A stretch of 62,481 nucleotides of DNA, filler included, from Rhabdomonas costata (GCA_019059605.1; 31 parts of 31 records of this genome joined end to end with filler, not necessarily neighbours in it), one strand, 5' to 3'. Positions 13,344 to 26,549 are shown, numbered from the whole stretch's first letter. The notes: generated by a model not told the origin, from the letters alone. Translations and numbers: made by a program.

Positions 13344-14455
13344 GTGCACTACTCACCGACCCTTGCCATTCTCACACGGATAAAGGAACTCGGGTCCCTG
13401 AAGAATCGGAGAAGTTTGTGGGCCTGTCTTACTATGAACTATATTAGCTGCAACTCCCTCTCCCGCTTTACAATGGGCTTCTGGGGCTCGGGCACCCTTG
13501 AGCTTTCTTTCCTGGTCCCCCTTATATGGTTGGTGGGGCAGGGGTGCATACGTTGTAGGTGTGGGTGGAGGACCGGCCCGCAGCGGTTCGGAAGGCCAGA
13601 TGAAAACGCAAGAGCTTCAACTTCGCAGGACCCTCCAGTTCTGTTGTGCTTTTTTTTGCTCCATACATTGGGCGGGCACAATGCGGGGCAACCTACTCCC
13701 TGTAACGGTCCGCTTTGTGCCCCTCTCTGTTCCAAAAAACACTATTCAAAGCTGAAAAAGTGCTTGGTGGGAGACACGATAGAAAGGTGTGACTGCAAAT
13801 TTGCCCCACTTTCTGTAAGGATCGAGGAGGATGTATGGAGGGTGGATTGGTGGGTACGTGAGTGGCGGGATGATTTCAGGTCTCGCAGCTCACAGAGCAA
13901 TCATCCCATGGGTCGCCGGTGATGCTGGTGGAGACTCCCGTGGCCAAATCCTCCTCGCCAGGCGAGAACCTCCCCGGGAGTGTGAAGCTCCTGCTGAGGA
14001 GGATTTGGCCACGGGAGTCTCCACCAACACCACNNNNNNNNNNNNNNNNNNNNNNNNNNNNNNNNNNNNNNNNNNNNTTAATTAATTAANNNNNNNNNNN
14101 NNNNNNNNNNNNNNNNNNNNNNNNNNNNNNNNNTTGTGGTTGTGTGTGTTGAGTGTGGTGAGGGGGGATTTCCTTCGTCAATAAGCTGCGGGGGAAAAAG
14201 AGCAGTCATGATGTTGCAGCCATCAAATAATGAATCACATAATAAAAGCGATTGAAAAATCCACCAAAGTCGCGGAGTGTTGGATGGTGAAGCTTGCCGC
14301 AGCTCATTTGACAACGGCTGTGAATGATCAAAATCGAGACAGGATAAAACGGGTGCCTTTCGGCTGGTGCATATCTCCAAGAATTTTGCGAGGGATTTCG
14401 CCAGATCACCTCAACCCGGTAGTGCCCTACCCCATCTCCAAGGCTCCATCTCGTT

Positions 14456-16052
14456 TTACGTTCCTGCCTGGGTGTCTCGCTGTTCCGAGCCCACGGGTTC
14501 TGACTGACCACTGTCCTCCCCTGCCCTCCCGTCCTGTGGCAGCTGCGGCTGCTCTTCGCCCAAGCGCTGGCGCTTGGGCTGCGGCTGGGGGTGGGACGTC
14601 TGTGCGCCCGACCCTGCGGCCTTCAGAGCCCTCTGCCGCTGCGCCTGCAGCTGTGCCTGGCCGTACCCTGCTGCTAGGTTGTGCTGCTCCAATCTCTGCT
14701 GCTGTTCCGCGGAAGCTCTTCGCACCTCCTCTTCGGCCTGCTCTCGAGGCACTCTAGGGAAACAACAAAAAAGCGAATAGGAATAGGCAAAAAGGAATAG
14801 GAAAAGGCGCGAACCAAAAGAAAAGTAAAAAGGCGAGCCAGAATGCGAGAAGCAGATAATTATAAAAGGCAGATCAAAAAGCCGTAGAAGATCAGCAGAA
14901 AACCCACCACTTGTTGAGGTTTGGTGATTTTTTGGAGGGGGGGGGTGGAGTTGCCCAAACCAATTGACTGGCTGAAACGAATAAAACAAGTTAATCACCA
15001 GAGGTCTTGGGTGCCAAGTTGACGGCGAAGGAGAAAAAGAAAAAGAAATGAAATCTTTTGTGCTCGAAGAGGTGGATCTTTCCATGAAAGCCATCGGTTG
15101 CAAAGTCATCGGTGCAGCCCGCAGCACAAAGTGCATAACTCATTACACTCACCCACCCCGTCCAGTGTTCAACTTCGTGCGCAAACAGCATCCGCTCAGG
15201 CTCAAAAGAGGAGAACGGTGCGGGAGAACAGGGGAGAGTAGCAAGCTTAGGGGCATGTTGGGCAGGAGTGTAGAGTGTATCAGAGAAAACAACGCGAAAA
15301 ATGAGACTTCAAGAAGACACGGGGCAGAGAGGAATGGTAAAAGGTAAAAACTCAGAAATGACACGAAGTGAGAGGAAGCCATTCCTGGGGATGTAGCTGC
15401 TCTGCACCCGGGAGGCTTGAACGGCCAGCCCGCGGGCATACTTCAGCACCATCTGCACCAGGCGGTGATAGAGGCTGGGCTGACCCTCGGAAAGCAGCCG
15501 CTTGTGCCTCCGAAGCACCTCCACCGGGAGCTCCACCTCCGCCTCCAGGACCTGGGCCGACGGGGCCTCGGGGTGCACCAGCTCCCCTGTGGGACGCACC
15601 ACGTTATACTGCTTCACCTTGGTGAGCTCCAGCCTGTCAAAGAGGGAACCATCGCTGAACCCCCCCCCCCCTAAAGAATTTAGTTGGAAAGAATGATCGC
15701 AAAATCTACAAGTATACGAATTCTACACCACGAATTGACGACAACAATACGTGTCCGCATTACAGAGCATTGGGAGCAGTCAAACGCTCACTGACAATGA
15801 TGCGCAGAAACACAACAGTCATCAAATTATAATTCTTACCACAACGTTCCCCACCCAAATGAGAAGCGGATTTTACTAACTGTCAGAAGCACTCACCTCC
15901 ACAAGTCAAACGCGTAGCTTCGGCGCTCCTTCACCCGGGCCATGGAGATTGGGGTGCCCGCCTCAGGAGCCGTCGCAGGGCTTTCCAGGGCCGCAGTTAG
16001 GCGGATGTCCCACCGCTGCGAGGGCAGAAAAATGTCCAGCTGCTGCACCTTC
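14456..16052 (-). CDS. Cet1-type (TTM/CYTH) mRNA-capping RNA triphosphatase, C-terminal part; exons 16052-15897, 15633 to about 15385, 14753-14456
   Basis: KVQQLDIFLPSQRWDIRLTAALESP...RVKERRSYAFDLWRLELTKV...VLEAEVEL follows the Cet1 strand pattern (D-x-R-I, R-x-K-x-R-x-SY, R-x-D/E-LT-x-V, E-x-E-x-E). The Gln-rich tail contains an NLS-like PKRQRL. Confidence 0.82.
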
Positions 16053-16584
16053 NNNNNNNNNNNNNNNNNNNNNNNNNNNNNNNNNNNNNNNNNNNNTTAA
16101 TTAATTAANNNNNNNNNNNNNNNNNNNNNNNNNNNNNNNNNNNNNNNNNNNNGGGTTTGGGGGGAACCTCCGGAACTTATCCTATAAAAAAGGAACGCTG
16201 CTATACCTATGCCGATTATTTTTTCCTGAAAAATTCAAGTCTTTATATCGAATGGTTTACAGCTGAATGCAGAAAGTTTGCGATCTTCCACATGGCACAC
16301 AGGCACACACGAGTTGACAGTATCTCATCTCCACTACCAGTGCGACACTTTGGATATAGGCATCTTCGCCCAAGGGCAATCGACCTGACAAGTAAGTCAG
16401 TAAGCAATGAAATGGCGCTTCGGTCCGCGACCAAGCGAAGTTAAGCCACCCATAAGGGGGGCACATCTCGCAAAGAAACACTGACCGCCAGCCACACATC
16501 AAGGGACCACGGGGTGGCAGATCAGCCCCCTGGAGACACTGAAGACCAAAGGAACCAAGAAAAGGTGTCAGTGTGTCCCCCAAC

Positions 16585-17060
16585 CTGGGCTCGATGCCCC
16601 TCCGGCACAGCAGCACCCGCTTCAGGTCCGGAGTGACAACCACGGCGCCCGTGACGACTTTGGGGTTGCGGTAGTGAATGGTGCCGCAGCTGCCGCACAC
16701 AGCCCTGGGCCGGTTGTCCCCTGGTGGGACGCGAGTCTCCACCGCACCCCCGCACGACGAGCAGAAGGCCAGCTTGGGGCCCTGGCAGGCCGCCACCACC
16801 GGGAGAGGCACTGAGCTCCCCGGGACGGGGGCGGGAGAAGGCACAGCATGGGAGCAGGCTGAGCTGAAGGAACTGCTGCTGCTGCTACTACTACTACTAC
16901 TACTACCACTACTAAAGCTGCTGCTGCTGTAAAGGCACCTCTTCCTAGCTGGAGGGGTGCAACACACACAGGAGCGGGAATGGAGGAATGGGAGGTGACT
17001 ACCGGAGAGATTCCAGGCTTGGCGGCCAAGCAATGGGCGCCGTACCAAGGGGCGAATCAT
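16585..17060 (-). CDS. NUDIX hydrolase with N-terminal zinc ribbon (NUDT23-like), first exon
   Basis: [43 protein letters not shown]...[11 protein letters not shown] followed by a GT donor; Arg-rich presequence-like N-terminus and a poly-Ser run. Confidence 0.88.
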
Positions 17061-18174
17061 AATGCAGAAGCAAAAAAAGAAACGCACGCACAAGCAAGGT
17101 GGGGTGGGGGTGGGGATACACCCGGCGTCCAAAAGCGCAGCTGCTCGCAATACTTCAGGACAGTAATAAATAACCCCACACGAACGAGAAAACAATGCAC
17201 CGCTATTAGGAGAAAGTCAATGGGGAGCCTGCTGCTGTAAATGATACACCCAAGAATAAGGCTAAGTTGGCTAGCGGCGTTCTCGCAGAAGATCACAGCC
17301 AGAGAAAGGCATGAAAGAGTTACAGGGAAGCCTCCCCCCAGAGGAGAGAAAATCAGTTGTGCTGAAGCTAGTATCCTACTGGGTGAAGTCCAGCAAACAT
17401 GTGTTTCTGAGTTTAGAACTGTCCAGAAGGGACGCCTCATTGACCATCGGGTCCTTCCAGACTAGTCCGGGGGAGGGGGGGGAAGGGAAGGCATTCACCC
17501 TGGGGCCGCCACTCGACTCAAACAGGGTCCCCTCCCAATTTTTCATGTTTCTGTGCGCTTAAAAACAACCGGCATCCCTTTTCGAAATGGCTTATCCTAC
17601 GACATTTATCTACCTACTTCCCTACCTACCTGCCTATCTACCTACCATACCGTTACGTGGGGCAACTCAAGAGAAACGTTGGTGCTTCACTTCTATGATA
17701 GCCTACGGTAACGGTTTCCAGCTATGACTGTTCGACCCGAACATACTTTCTGTGCAAAACAAGGTAGTTATGTGGAAAGGCAAGCACCAAGAGTTCACAC
17801 CTGTATTTCTCCTGTATTTCTGTGTTGTCTTTCACCTTCTCCTAAGACAAAATTTACCTTAAGTCATAGCCCGTCGAGACCCGAACCAGGGGGGGTCCAG
17901 TTTCTGCTCGCCGCACTGAAACCCATCCCGTCGCCTGGCCCCCAGGGTCATACGGCAGGTCAAGTAAGTGCAATGGACCCTTCGGGCCACTCTCCGCCAG
18001 CTGAGCACCCGCCTTGGCCTGCCGAGGAGTACAGTACACCTCGTCCTCAGATGCCATGTTACCCACACCCNNNNNNNNNNNNNNNNNNNNNNNNNNNNNN
18101 NNNNNNNNNNNNNNTTAATTAATTAANNNNNNNNNNNNNNNNNNNNNNNNNNNNNNNNNNNNNNNNNNNNGGGG

Positions 18175-18360
18175 GGTTGGTCAGGTGAGTGCCTTCTTGG
18201 CCTCTGAGCTGCCACTGCACAGTTACAAGAGCGCTGCGCTGGCGTCTCAGGAGAAGCCCCGGCCATCCTCAACTTGCTCGGCCTCACTGGCGAACATCCC
18301 AGCACCAGAGCCGCAGGATGCTCCCGCGTCCTCAGGGGCAGAGACAGATGCCAACATGTG
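18175..18360 (+). CDS. Probable terminal exon of an unknown gene
   Basis: Frame open from the contig start, VGQVSAFLASELPLHSYK...APASSGAETDANM-stop, with coding-like codon usage. Confidence 0.35.
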
Positions 18361-20296
18361 AGCACACGAGTGACTGCTTGGCGGAATGGCGTTGGTCTGC
18401 GCATGATACTCGTTGTGATAGCACTTAGTGGTGTGTGTTGTACATGTCATGGATTTGCCGTTTTGGATGACCATATCCATGGAGAAGGTAAGAACCTCCT
18501 GGGAAGTTCTCCTCCATTTCCGATATTCAAGCCCATCTTAGATGGAGTGCCCATGATGTGCGTTGTTCTTATTTCCACTAGCAGGACCGAACTTTTGCTA
18601 CCCGTGAGCACGTTTAAAGGGTTAACGTTAATCTGCGCCAGTTTTAAAGCTACTGGCAACTTGGGACCAAGAGAAAAAAGGATTTAAATCCACCAGACCG
18701 GAATAGAACAACCGTTTCCCTTATTTGCCCCGCAGTCTCTTGATTTAGTGATGGAAATCGAGCTTTCCCCAATGCAGTTTTGCAGACATGGTCCGCAAAT
18801 TTCTAGTGGAGCAGTAAGGCAAACAGAGCGCAAACAAACAACCAAATCAAAGGCACGAATGGTGTGGATCTTTTGTTGGGGACGGGTCGTTTGGGATTTG
18901 GGGCCGGCGTTCAACCGCGGAAAGGCCGGCCACGGCGGAGAAACAGCAACGCTCCGTTCGCGTCCAACTGCTTTCGCCTGAGACCCAATGAAAAAGGCTT
19001 CCCACATGTTGCAAACCGGCCGCGGTCGGGCGCCCCTTGCATCCCTTGCATACGTTTTTCGCTTACGAGGCCGAAAGGCAAGTCATTGAAAACAACCAAC
19101 TGCCATACACTTCATTAGTAATAAAACAGGATCCGAGTGGTCATGGTGGGTCCAACGCCATTGAAATTCCTTCACATAGGTGGTCATCCACCTTGTGCCC
19201 TGAAGAAGTTTTTGAGGTTGCCCAGGACCAGGTGATTGAAAATGAAAGTATTTTTACGCAGGGGGTTAGGAGCCGATGTACGGCGGGTGGGCGGAGCCCC
19301 CTGCGAAAAAATACTTTCATTTCCCTGGGGGCGAATAAGCCCAATCACTGCCCAAAGGATAACCAGACTGATCTGTGCGCTGCTTTCCGTTATTTTTGCT
19401 TCGGTGGAATTTGCAGATTGATGAAAAAATGGAACGCTGGACGTGATTGTACGCAGCATCGTAAAAATATTGTTTTTCACGATTCGTCAAAAAACCTAAA
19501 TTTTGTATAATGGCGTTGATTGTCTGAAAAAGCTCAACGAGCGGATCGGTGATTGCAGACGTGCGTTGTTAATTCAGATGTTCCCACTCCAATTCCATCT
19601 CCGGTATGAGAGCTTGGCGGGAATCACCTCTCCTCGACGGCGTTGGTATGAAGGGATTCAGTGGTGACTCCATGCGCGGTGCACAAACCAGGCCAAAATA
19701 ACCTTAGCTTAACATAATGTGTTTATTTCGCGGAAATTTCCATTGGCAAAACGGACAGGCCGGGACAACCTACCATGACGCGCCCCATGGACCCACACAA
19801 ATGGCACCCGTGGCGTGGCCACAGTGTAACGGTGTCCAATGCACGCCTGGCGATGCTCATAAGCCACGGCGACCATAACCCAATCATGATAAAAGCGGAA
19901 ATTGCTAGAGCCGCGCGATTCTATGCGCAGCAGTTCTGGAAAACAAAGCCGTCCGTGCCACAACCATAGCCTCACCTCCAGCACGTCTTGACACTCGATC
20001 TCCAAGAGGCAACCAAAGCACAATTCTTCGCAAGCTTAGGGGAGGACGCCTAGGAACACCTGCTGTCTGCTCAGTCCCCACACCCCCACNNNNNNNNNNN
20101 NNNNNNNNNNNNNNNNNNNNNNNNNNNNNNNNNTTAATTAATTAANNNNNNNNNNNNNNNNNNNNNNNNNNNNNNNNNNNNNNNNNNNNTGTGGGTTTGT
20201 CTTTTTGGTGGTGTTGGAGCAGAGTCCTCTAAAGAGACCAACAAGAGACATCGCACTGCCCCAATTGTTTTGCATTCATCACATGTGGATCCCTGC

Positions 20297-21344
20297 CTTT
20301 TTTTTGAAGGGGAGGCGGGTGTTGTGGGGCAAGCAGCACCGATTCGGCGAACCACGGCAGGACTACACCCCGCCCCATCTGCATCGCTAGCACCACGGCA
20401 AACCAGAAGTCCTTGAGCTGGTTGTTAAACCCTGCAATCCTCGGACGGAACATCAGAAACTGAACCGGGGAGGACCGCCCACCAGCTGGGGAGGGCGCAG
20501 AAGCCTCCCGTGGTGGAACCACCATGGCAGAGTCAAGGGGCAGGGAGGAGTTGGTCTCCTCCCCTTCGGCCGCCGCCACCCCAACGGCCACAGCCTCGAT
20601 ACTCTGAAGATAAAACACAAGACCAAGACAAGACACACAGATGACAGAGACCCTTTTCGGCTTCGGCGTGGGACGGCGTGACCACCAAGGATTAAAATAT
20701 CGACAGTGCCAGGCAGGTGGTCCGCTTCCTGACCAAGATTGCACTGGCTCAAGGGACAGCGGTTCCAGGCCACCTGCGAGACTAATGCCCTCTCAAAATG
20801 TAACTTTTAATCGCATGCCTTTCTCCAAGCAAAAAACGTCACTGCAGCAACAGAGGTCCGCACGGTTGGACGCACACAGGCGGGACACACGAATGAACGA
20901 TTGTAGCAGCAACATTGCCGCGGAAGCACAAAGGGCACAGTTACATAGGAAGAAAAATGAACACAGGGCGGAGATGGAGTGGAGAAGGAAAGCTTTTATT
21001 TGGAGAAGAAGGGGTTAGATGTATGAGAGAGGAGCGGCTGTCAGTCAGAATTCCCTGAAGAAATGCAGGAAATGCAGGAAATGAAGGAATGCAAAATCAA
21101 TGGCGGTCATTGACGACGCAACACCACACACTGGGATCCGCACCGCTGCTCCCGAAAGAATCCCAGGCGGTCCTCCCATATGATCGGTGGGAGAGGAGCC
21201 CAAGGGAGCAGTGGCCAAGGGCTCACCCGGCTGCTGCCCCAGCCCACTGAGTCGCGCCACAGAATTGACGATTCCTCCCAGCGCCATCCCCACAACAAAC
21301 AGCACCATCACCGACAGCCACTTGCGCTGCTTCAGCATCGCCAT
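20297..21344 (-). CDS. Type II membrane glycosyltransferase, GDP-fucose O-fucosyltransferase-like, partial
   Basis: N-terminal signal anchor (WLSVMVLFVVGMALGGIV), a Pro/Ala stem, then FLMFRPRIAGFNNQLKDFWFAVVLAMQMGRGVVLP in the exon starting at 20603; internal exon boundaries uncertain. Confidence 0.7.
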
Positions 21345-22960
21345 CGAGGGCAGGGGAACCGCGGAGGCGTCATTCCAAGACTCGCTCAGGACACCGCAGC
21401 GCAGCCATTAATGCACCACACGGCACCACAGCGCACTTAAACCGAAAGGTGCTCCCCAGCTCGGTGACCCCTCAAGAAATGTCTCACAGCAGCTCTTCAG
21501 CCTCCCCCCCAAAAACGACGGCAGATGTCTGCTGACAGAAAGTCAAACAATGGTGATTAGGGTGAAAACAATGGTGATTATGTTACCAGTTTCGCAAGGT
21601 TTTCCGCGAAACTCAACATTGAACAGTAGCTGACATTCGGCCCTTCAGATGGGGCTGGTGAGGGGAACATTTCAGATGCCAGCCTCAGTTGTTCAATGAT
21701 TATACAGAGTCTTACAGAGTCTTACGCGAATAATTCGCCGTGCTGCGGTTCCCACGGTGCATAACTACTTGAAAACACATTCTACCTTTTGGTGATGAAG
21801 ATCCACTCGTCAACGGGCGATTCGTGACCTCGTCGGAGAAGTTGCCTGCTATGTAAGCTGAAAATCGACAGAATTAGCATCAAAAACAGGCCGAGAGTCG
21901 CAATCGGTCCCGCGCTAATACCCTCCCCACGACGAAAAGCGCAGACCACTGGAAAGAACAACATGTCTCCAAGTCCAATGCCCAACGCAAAGCTGAAAGT
22001 CGCAAAAACGTGCGAGTTCAAGCTGTCCAGAGGGCAATTGAAAAAGCCGACCGACTCCCGTCCAGATACAAACTTACCAACGATGCAAGGGTCAAGCACG
22101 CAAGCAAANNNNNNNNNNNNNNNNNNNNNNNNNNNNNNNNNNNNNNNNNNNNTTAATTAATTAANNNNNNNNNNNNNNNNNNNNNNNNNNNNNNNNNNNN
22201 NNNNNNNNGGGGTTGTTTTTTTAGATCTTGTTGCGTCCTAGGGAGTATTGAAATTGTTTCGTCCTAGGTGGTGCTGGAAGGAAACAACGCACTTTGGATG
22301 TACTGTGACTTCCCCGTCTGACGTGTTTCCTGTGAGCGCTTCGGCAAAGTCACTGAGCTCACCTCTTGCTTTCTTGCGAAAAAAAAAGTTAACATCGCGA
22401 AATCTCGGAGCTAGTGATTAACGCTACAACAACGTACCATCAACTCAAGGAAAAATCCGCCAAAGATAATCTCAATTCATTCGCTTTACTCGTCTTCACG
22501 AAGGGAGGTGCATCTGCTAAGGAGAGAGAAGGGCAGTTTGAATTGAATCTAAACAACTATTTTGATAATTTAGTGGAAAGGCCTATGTAACAGGCAAGCC
22601 TCAGCCGGACCAAACTTATCAGCGTGGGGAGTTCCCTGGAAAAAGGGCATTTCGAAATGCACGAAACGGGGCTGAATGGTGGCAATACACAAAATTTCCG
22701 AGACGTGATATCATGATGACAGTATCGGCGAGACATTGGATAACGACAAAGCAAAATCTGTAACATAAATCGCTTGCTGTCCAGTGTTCATAGTCCGTCA
22801 CACACAAAGCAAAATTGGAGGTCTGCCGTTTACGTGCACCTTCCAGTTCCCACTGCAATTCAAAACCGAAACAAAAAATTGGAGAACTGTCCGCAACGGA
22901 TATAAAGGGGTGGGTAATTATGGGTGCTATGGGCTGGAGTGTCGCTGGAGAGCAGCAAAC

Positions 22961-23778
22961 CTGCGCTTCCACCGCCTTCCAGTAATGTACATGCGCGACC
23001 ACCCACACGGTGCGCAGGTGTAAGTAGCGGCGGAAGTGCCTCTGGATCAGCCGGGCCTTGCAGTGCCACTTCCAGTACCGGCGCACGCGGAGAACAAACA
23101 GAACCTCTTGGAGGCGCTCCCGGTGCTTCCGCAGAAGAACAACCGCGACCTGAGCATGAAAGAGGAAAGTAGCCCCTACCTCTCTCCTCCCTGCAATCTG
23201 GAACGCCGGCACAACCCAATCACACGCACGGTACACACAATGCTATATATAGCAGGCAACACCCCAAAGTAAGAACAAAGTGCATGACGAATTTAGTTTT
23301 TTTATGGTGACTTTGAACCGCTGCCTCTTTTGGTGTGGGTCATGTTTGCAAACCGTTGATCGATAAATCCAGGTTTTGAGTTCACAAAGCAGTGTAACCT
23401 GCTTTAATAGAAAACGCAAGAGAGGGAGAAGCTCAATGGCCAATAATAATTTCAAATTCAAATTATCAAAAAAATCAATCAAAAATTAAGGCCACTTCAA
23501 TGGGGGGAACGAGCCGCTGAGCTGCTGCTGCAAAAATAACGCGCCATAAGAGGAAGGTTTTTCGAGTTCTGTTGCATGATACGCGCGGGAGGAGGTCTGA
23601 GCAGCGGGACCTTTATGGCCGCATTGACCCCACGAACGCCATTGCGGTTCACCACTTCAATGATCTGAGGCCCTGGGTTGGACTGCGAACCGGAGAAGTC
23701 TCGTGTCTGCTTCTTCTGAAGATCTTGGGTGAGCAGGGAGAAGACTTCCTGAGGATTCATCGTGCCGTCCCCGGCCAC
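22961..23778 (-). CDS. IQ-motif-like hypothetical protein; clear exon 23149-22961 and a probable upstream exon at about 23778-23540
   Basis: 189-nt AG/GT-bounded exon containing KARLIQRHFRRYL. Confidence 0.5.
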
Positions 23779-24713
23779 AGAACTGATGGGGAACTTTCTA
23801 AGTGGTATATGTTCCAGACCCTACAATACAGGATTCCCTGACATTGTAAAAAACCAAAAAAACATCAAAAAGAAAAGTTCACACGGAGTCTGCAGAGAAA
23901 AAGCGGCATCTGCCACCAATTGTCTTCACTACTTAACCTGACATCGTGCAATTGTGAGCAGCTGAAGTCCATCGTCAGTAGGTTACGAAAGGGTATTTTT
24001 GGTATATGCATGAAAATAGACCTCTTACCAACCCTGTATCGAATTGAATCGAAAGTGAAATACAAGAAAAGAATACGAATTATCATGGGAAAAGGAGAGG
24101 GTCACAGCGAAGATACGGCCAAAACGCNNNNNNNNNNNNNNNNNNNNNNNNNNNNNNNNNNNNNNNNNNNNTTAATTAATTAANNNNNNNNNNNNNNNNN
24201 NNNNNNNNNNNNNNNNNNNNNNNNNNNGTGGTGGGTTGTGGAAGACCCGGAGGAGAGAGAGAGCTGAAACGTTGACTGCTCGCTTGAAGCTCCATCTGGG
24301 AGGCTCTTGGGAAGTGGTGCATGTATGTATGCGGGGTGGGGGTACCCGGTAGCAGTGCAGAGGTTCTTATGGGGTTGGGTTGCGATGCACGTACACCCTG
24401 GGATTCCAACAGTGGCGTTTGAAGAGGGGTAAGAGGGCAAATAATGTTCACATAATAGAAGCCGACCATTCCAGCAAGGCATACGCCACGTAGGGGTTGG
24501 GAGCGGCCCAATTTCTAGGTTTTTAACCCTCGGCTACAAATTTTTCTACTTAAAACGTCCCAGGTAGACGGGTAGGTGAGCGAGTGTGTGTGTAAATGCG
24601 CGAGTTCGCTTGTGCGCTTACCGCGATCAAATCAGATGCAACCACTGTGCAGCCTTCACTCGCACATTGCCACTCAATACCACTTCCCCAAAAGCTGCCC
24701 CCACTGCCGAGAC

Positions 24714-24923
24714 CTGAATATTCTTCACTTTGGTGCTTTCCAACCTCTCCTTTTCAAAGGCCAGAGTCTCGGCATCCATGGGCTCGTCTTCTTCCTATCG
24801 TGCAAAGGGAAAATGACAAACATAGGCCGCTCGGTCTCGTTGGAAGCTCCAGTCCTCAGGTTAACTTTTTTGGGGCATGCCGATGTTTTCCCGATGTGCC
24901 TGTGCAGTTTTTCGCTTCTTACT
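24714..24923 (-). CDS. MYST-family histone acetyltransferase fragment; exon 24794-24714 plus a putative micro-exon 24923-24900
   Basis: 81-nt AG/GT exon EEDEPMDAETLAFEKERLESTKVKNIQ resembles the MOF/HAM1-type E-K/R-E-x-E-x-x-TKVKNI entry into the MYST domain. It is absent from the ORF track. Confidence 0.7.
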
Positions 24924-25669
24924 CTTGACATGACGCAGGTCACATGACAGAGAAACGCAAGGCCACAGCGAACCTCCAACAGGTTAAACAACAGATTTAC
25001 GGGGGGAACCAGAGAGGGTGCGGGCAGCGGCAAAATTTCTGCTAGTGAATTCTGGATTCCAAAGGTAGCAGGGGGTTTTAGGGCTTTCCGCGAGAGGGTT
25101 GAAACAACAACAGCTTCAGAACGGTAAATGTGTGCGTGTGTGTTGCGGTCACGATAGACATTTACGAAGTGAGTACATTGTGATACACTTCGGGCGTTAT
25201 GTCCACCGCGGATCGCACTGAAGCAAAACCATAAGAGGTGAAAAGTATGCACACAAAAAAGTGAAGAAAAAAAGAAGCACCAAAAAAGCAGGCAGCCCCG
25301 CAACGGTGCGCTTCCTGCCGCGAGTCTGGCGTTCACCCTGCAAAACAAAGGCAGTGCTCCATGGAGGGAAGAAAGGAAGTGACGGAGACAAGGACAACCA
25401 TGAGACTGGGGCAAAACGGCCGGTTGTGGAAGTAAAGCGAGGCTTTAGGAAATGGGCTGTCAAGGCAAAGAGTAATGCCCCCCCCCCACGTTTTATTTAT
25501 GGGCAGAGGTAATCAATGTAGCTAACCAATGGAACCAGGAGATGGAAGGGATGAGGACAGCTCAAAGTTAGAGCCGCAAACACAGCCGCAGGAATCAAAA
25601 AAATGAAGCGGTGTGGAACAAAGGCGCTGGTCCTCCACTGCCCCCCGCCCCCCCAGTAGGGTGGGTCCA

Positions 25670-25815
25670 CCCTAACTGAGCTGTGAAGTAGTGCTGTTAT
25701 GGGCCCCTTCCTGAGAGTGTATTGGATTACTAAGTGATGCAAGGGTCCCGTTCTAATAGAAAAATTTGCAGGGGTAGGTAGGGATGCATGGTTCCAGTGG
25801 GATTACAGTAGAAGG
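25670..25815 (-). repeat. Dispersed repeat related to 35795-35935 (+) and more weakly to about 150-205 (-)
   Basis: Shared ordered blocks taatccc..ggaacc.tgcatc..cccctgcaaat..tattagaa..catcactt..ctcag.aaggg..acttcacagctca. Confidence 0.65.
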
Positions 25816-26549
25816 AGGCGATGCACGAACTCGGATTCTTTCCAGGATATCTTGAGCGGCGGAGCGCGAGATCCTAGGAACTTTCATTTGTTGGACATCC
25901 ACGCGCGGGTTACAGCAACTCCAAAAAATCTAGAGACAAAGGCGATCCCGATTCCCGTCTCCGTTCGCAAACGTGACGCAATACAGAACGAACTCCACCC
26001 GGTGGTTGGCCGTATTTCACAAACTCGGGCACTCGACTTAGGTGTAGAAGGGCTCAAAACGCGTTGGAAACCGTTCTTTCTGAATCGGATGAAGGAAGCT
26101 GTCTTTGCTTTGGACAAATTCGACAGAGCGGGGGGGGGTTGGAAGTNNNNNNNNNNNNNNNNNNNNNNNNNNNNNNNNNNNNNNNNNNNNTTAATTAATT
26201 AANNNNNNNNNNNNNNNNNNNNNNNNNNNNNNNNNNNNNNNNNNNNTTTGCTCTCACCATTTTGTCACTACGGAACATATGCAACATGTGTCTCCTCGCT
26301 AACTCTTGGCTGCGCGTAACCAGCTGAAACAAAATGTCAACAATAATAAACAATGAACAACCAAAACCTCTCACTTTATCAGATTTATTCATGTTTTTGG
26401 GTACTTCATCTTGCTTTCTCCTATCCCGGCTCTGAGCGCAGGTGATGCTTCTCTGGATCATCAGCTTCTACACTATCTAACTATGGCAGATCATCATCTG
26501 CGAAGTCTTTGCATTTCGGTTCTAGCTGGAACTGGAAAATCAGACAACC

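Noticed and set aside
12807..13922. 371-aa ORF
   Set aside because: Only 13128-13343 looks coding; the rest is read-through of intron-like sequence.
13926..14026. Perfect 31-bp inverted repeat as a structured RNA
   Set aside because: It abuts the contig end and a primer-like tail; probable fold-back artefact.
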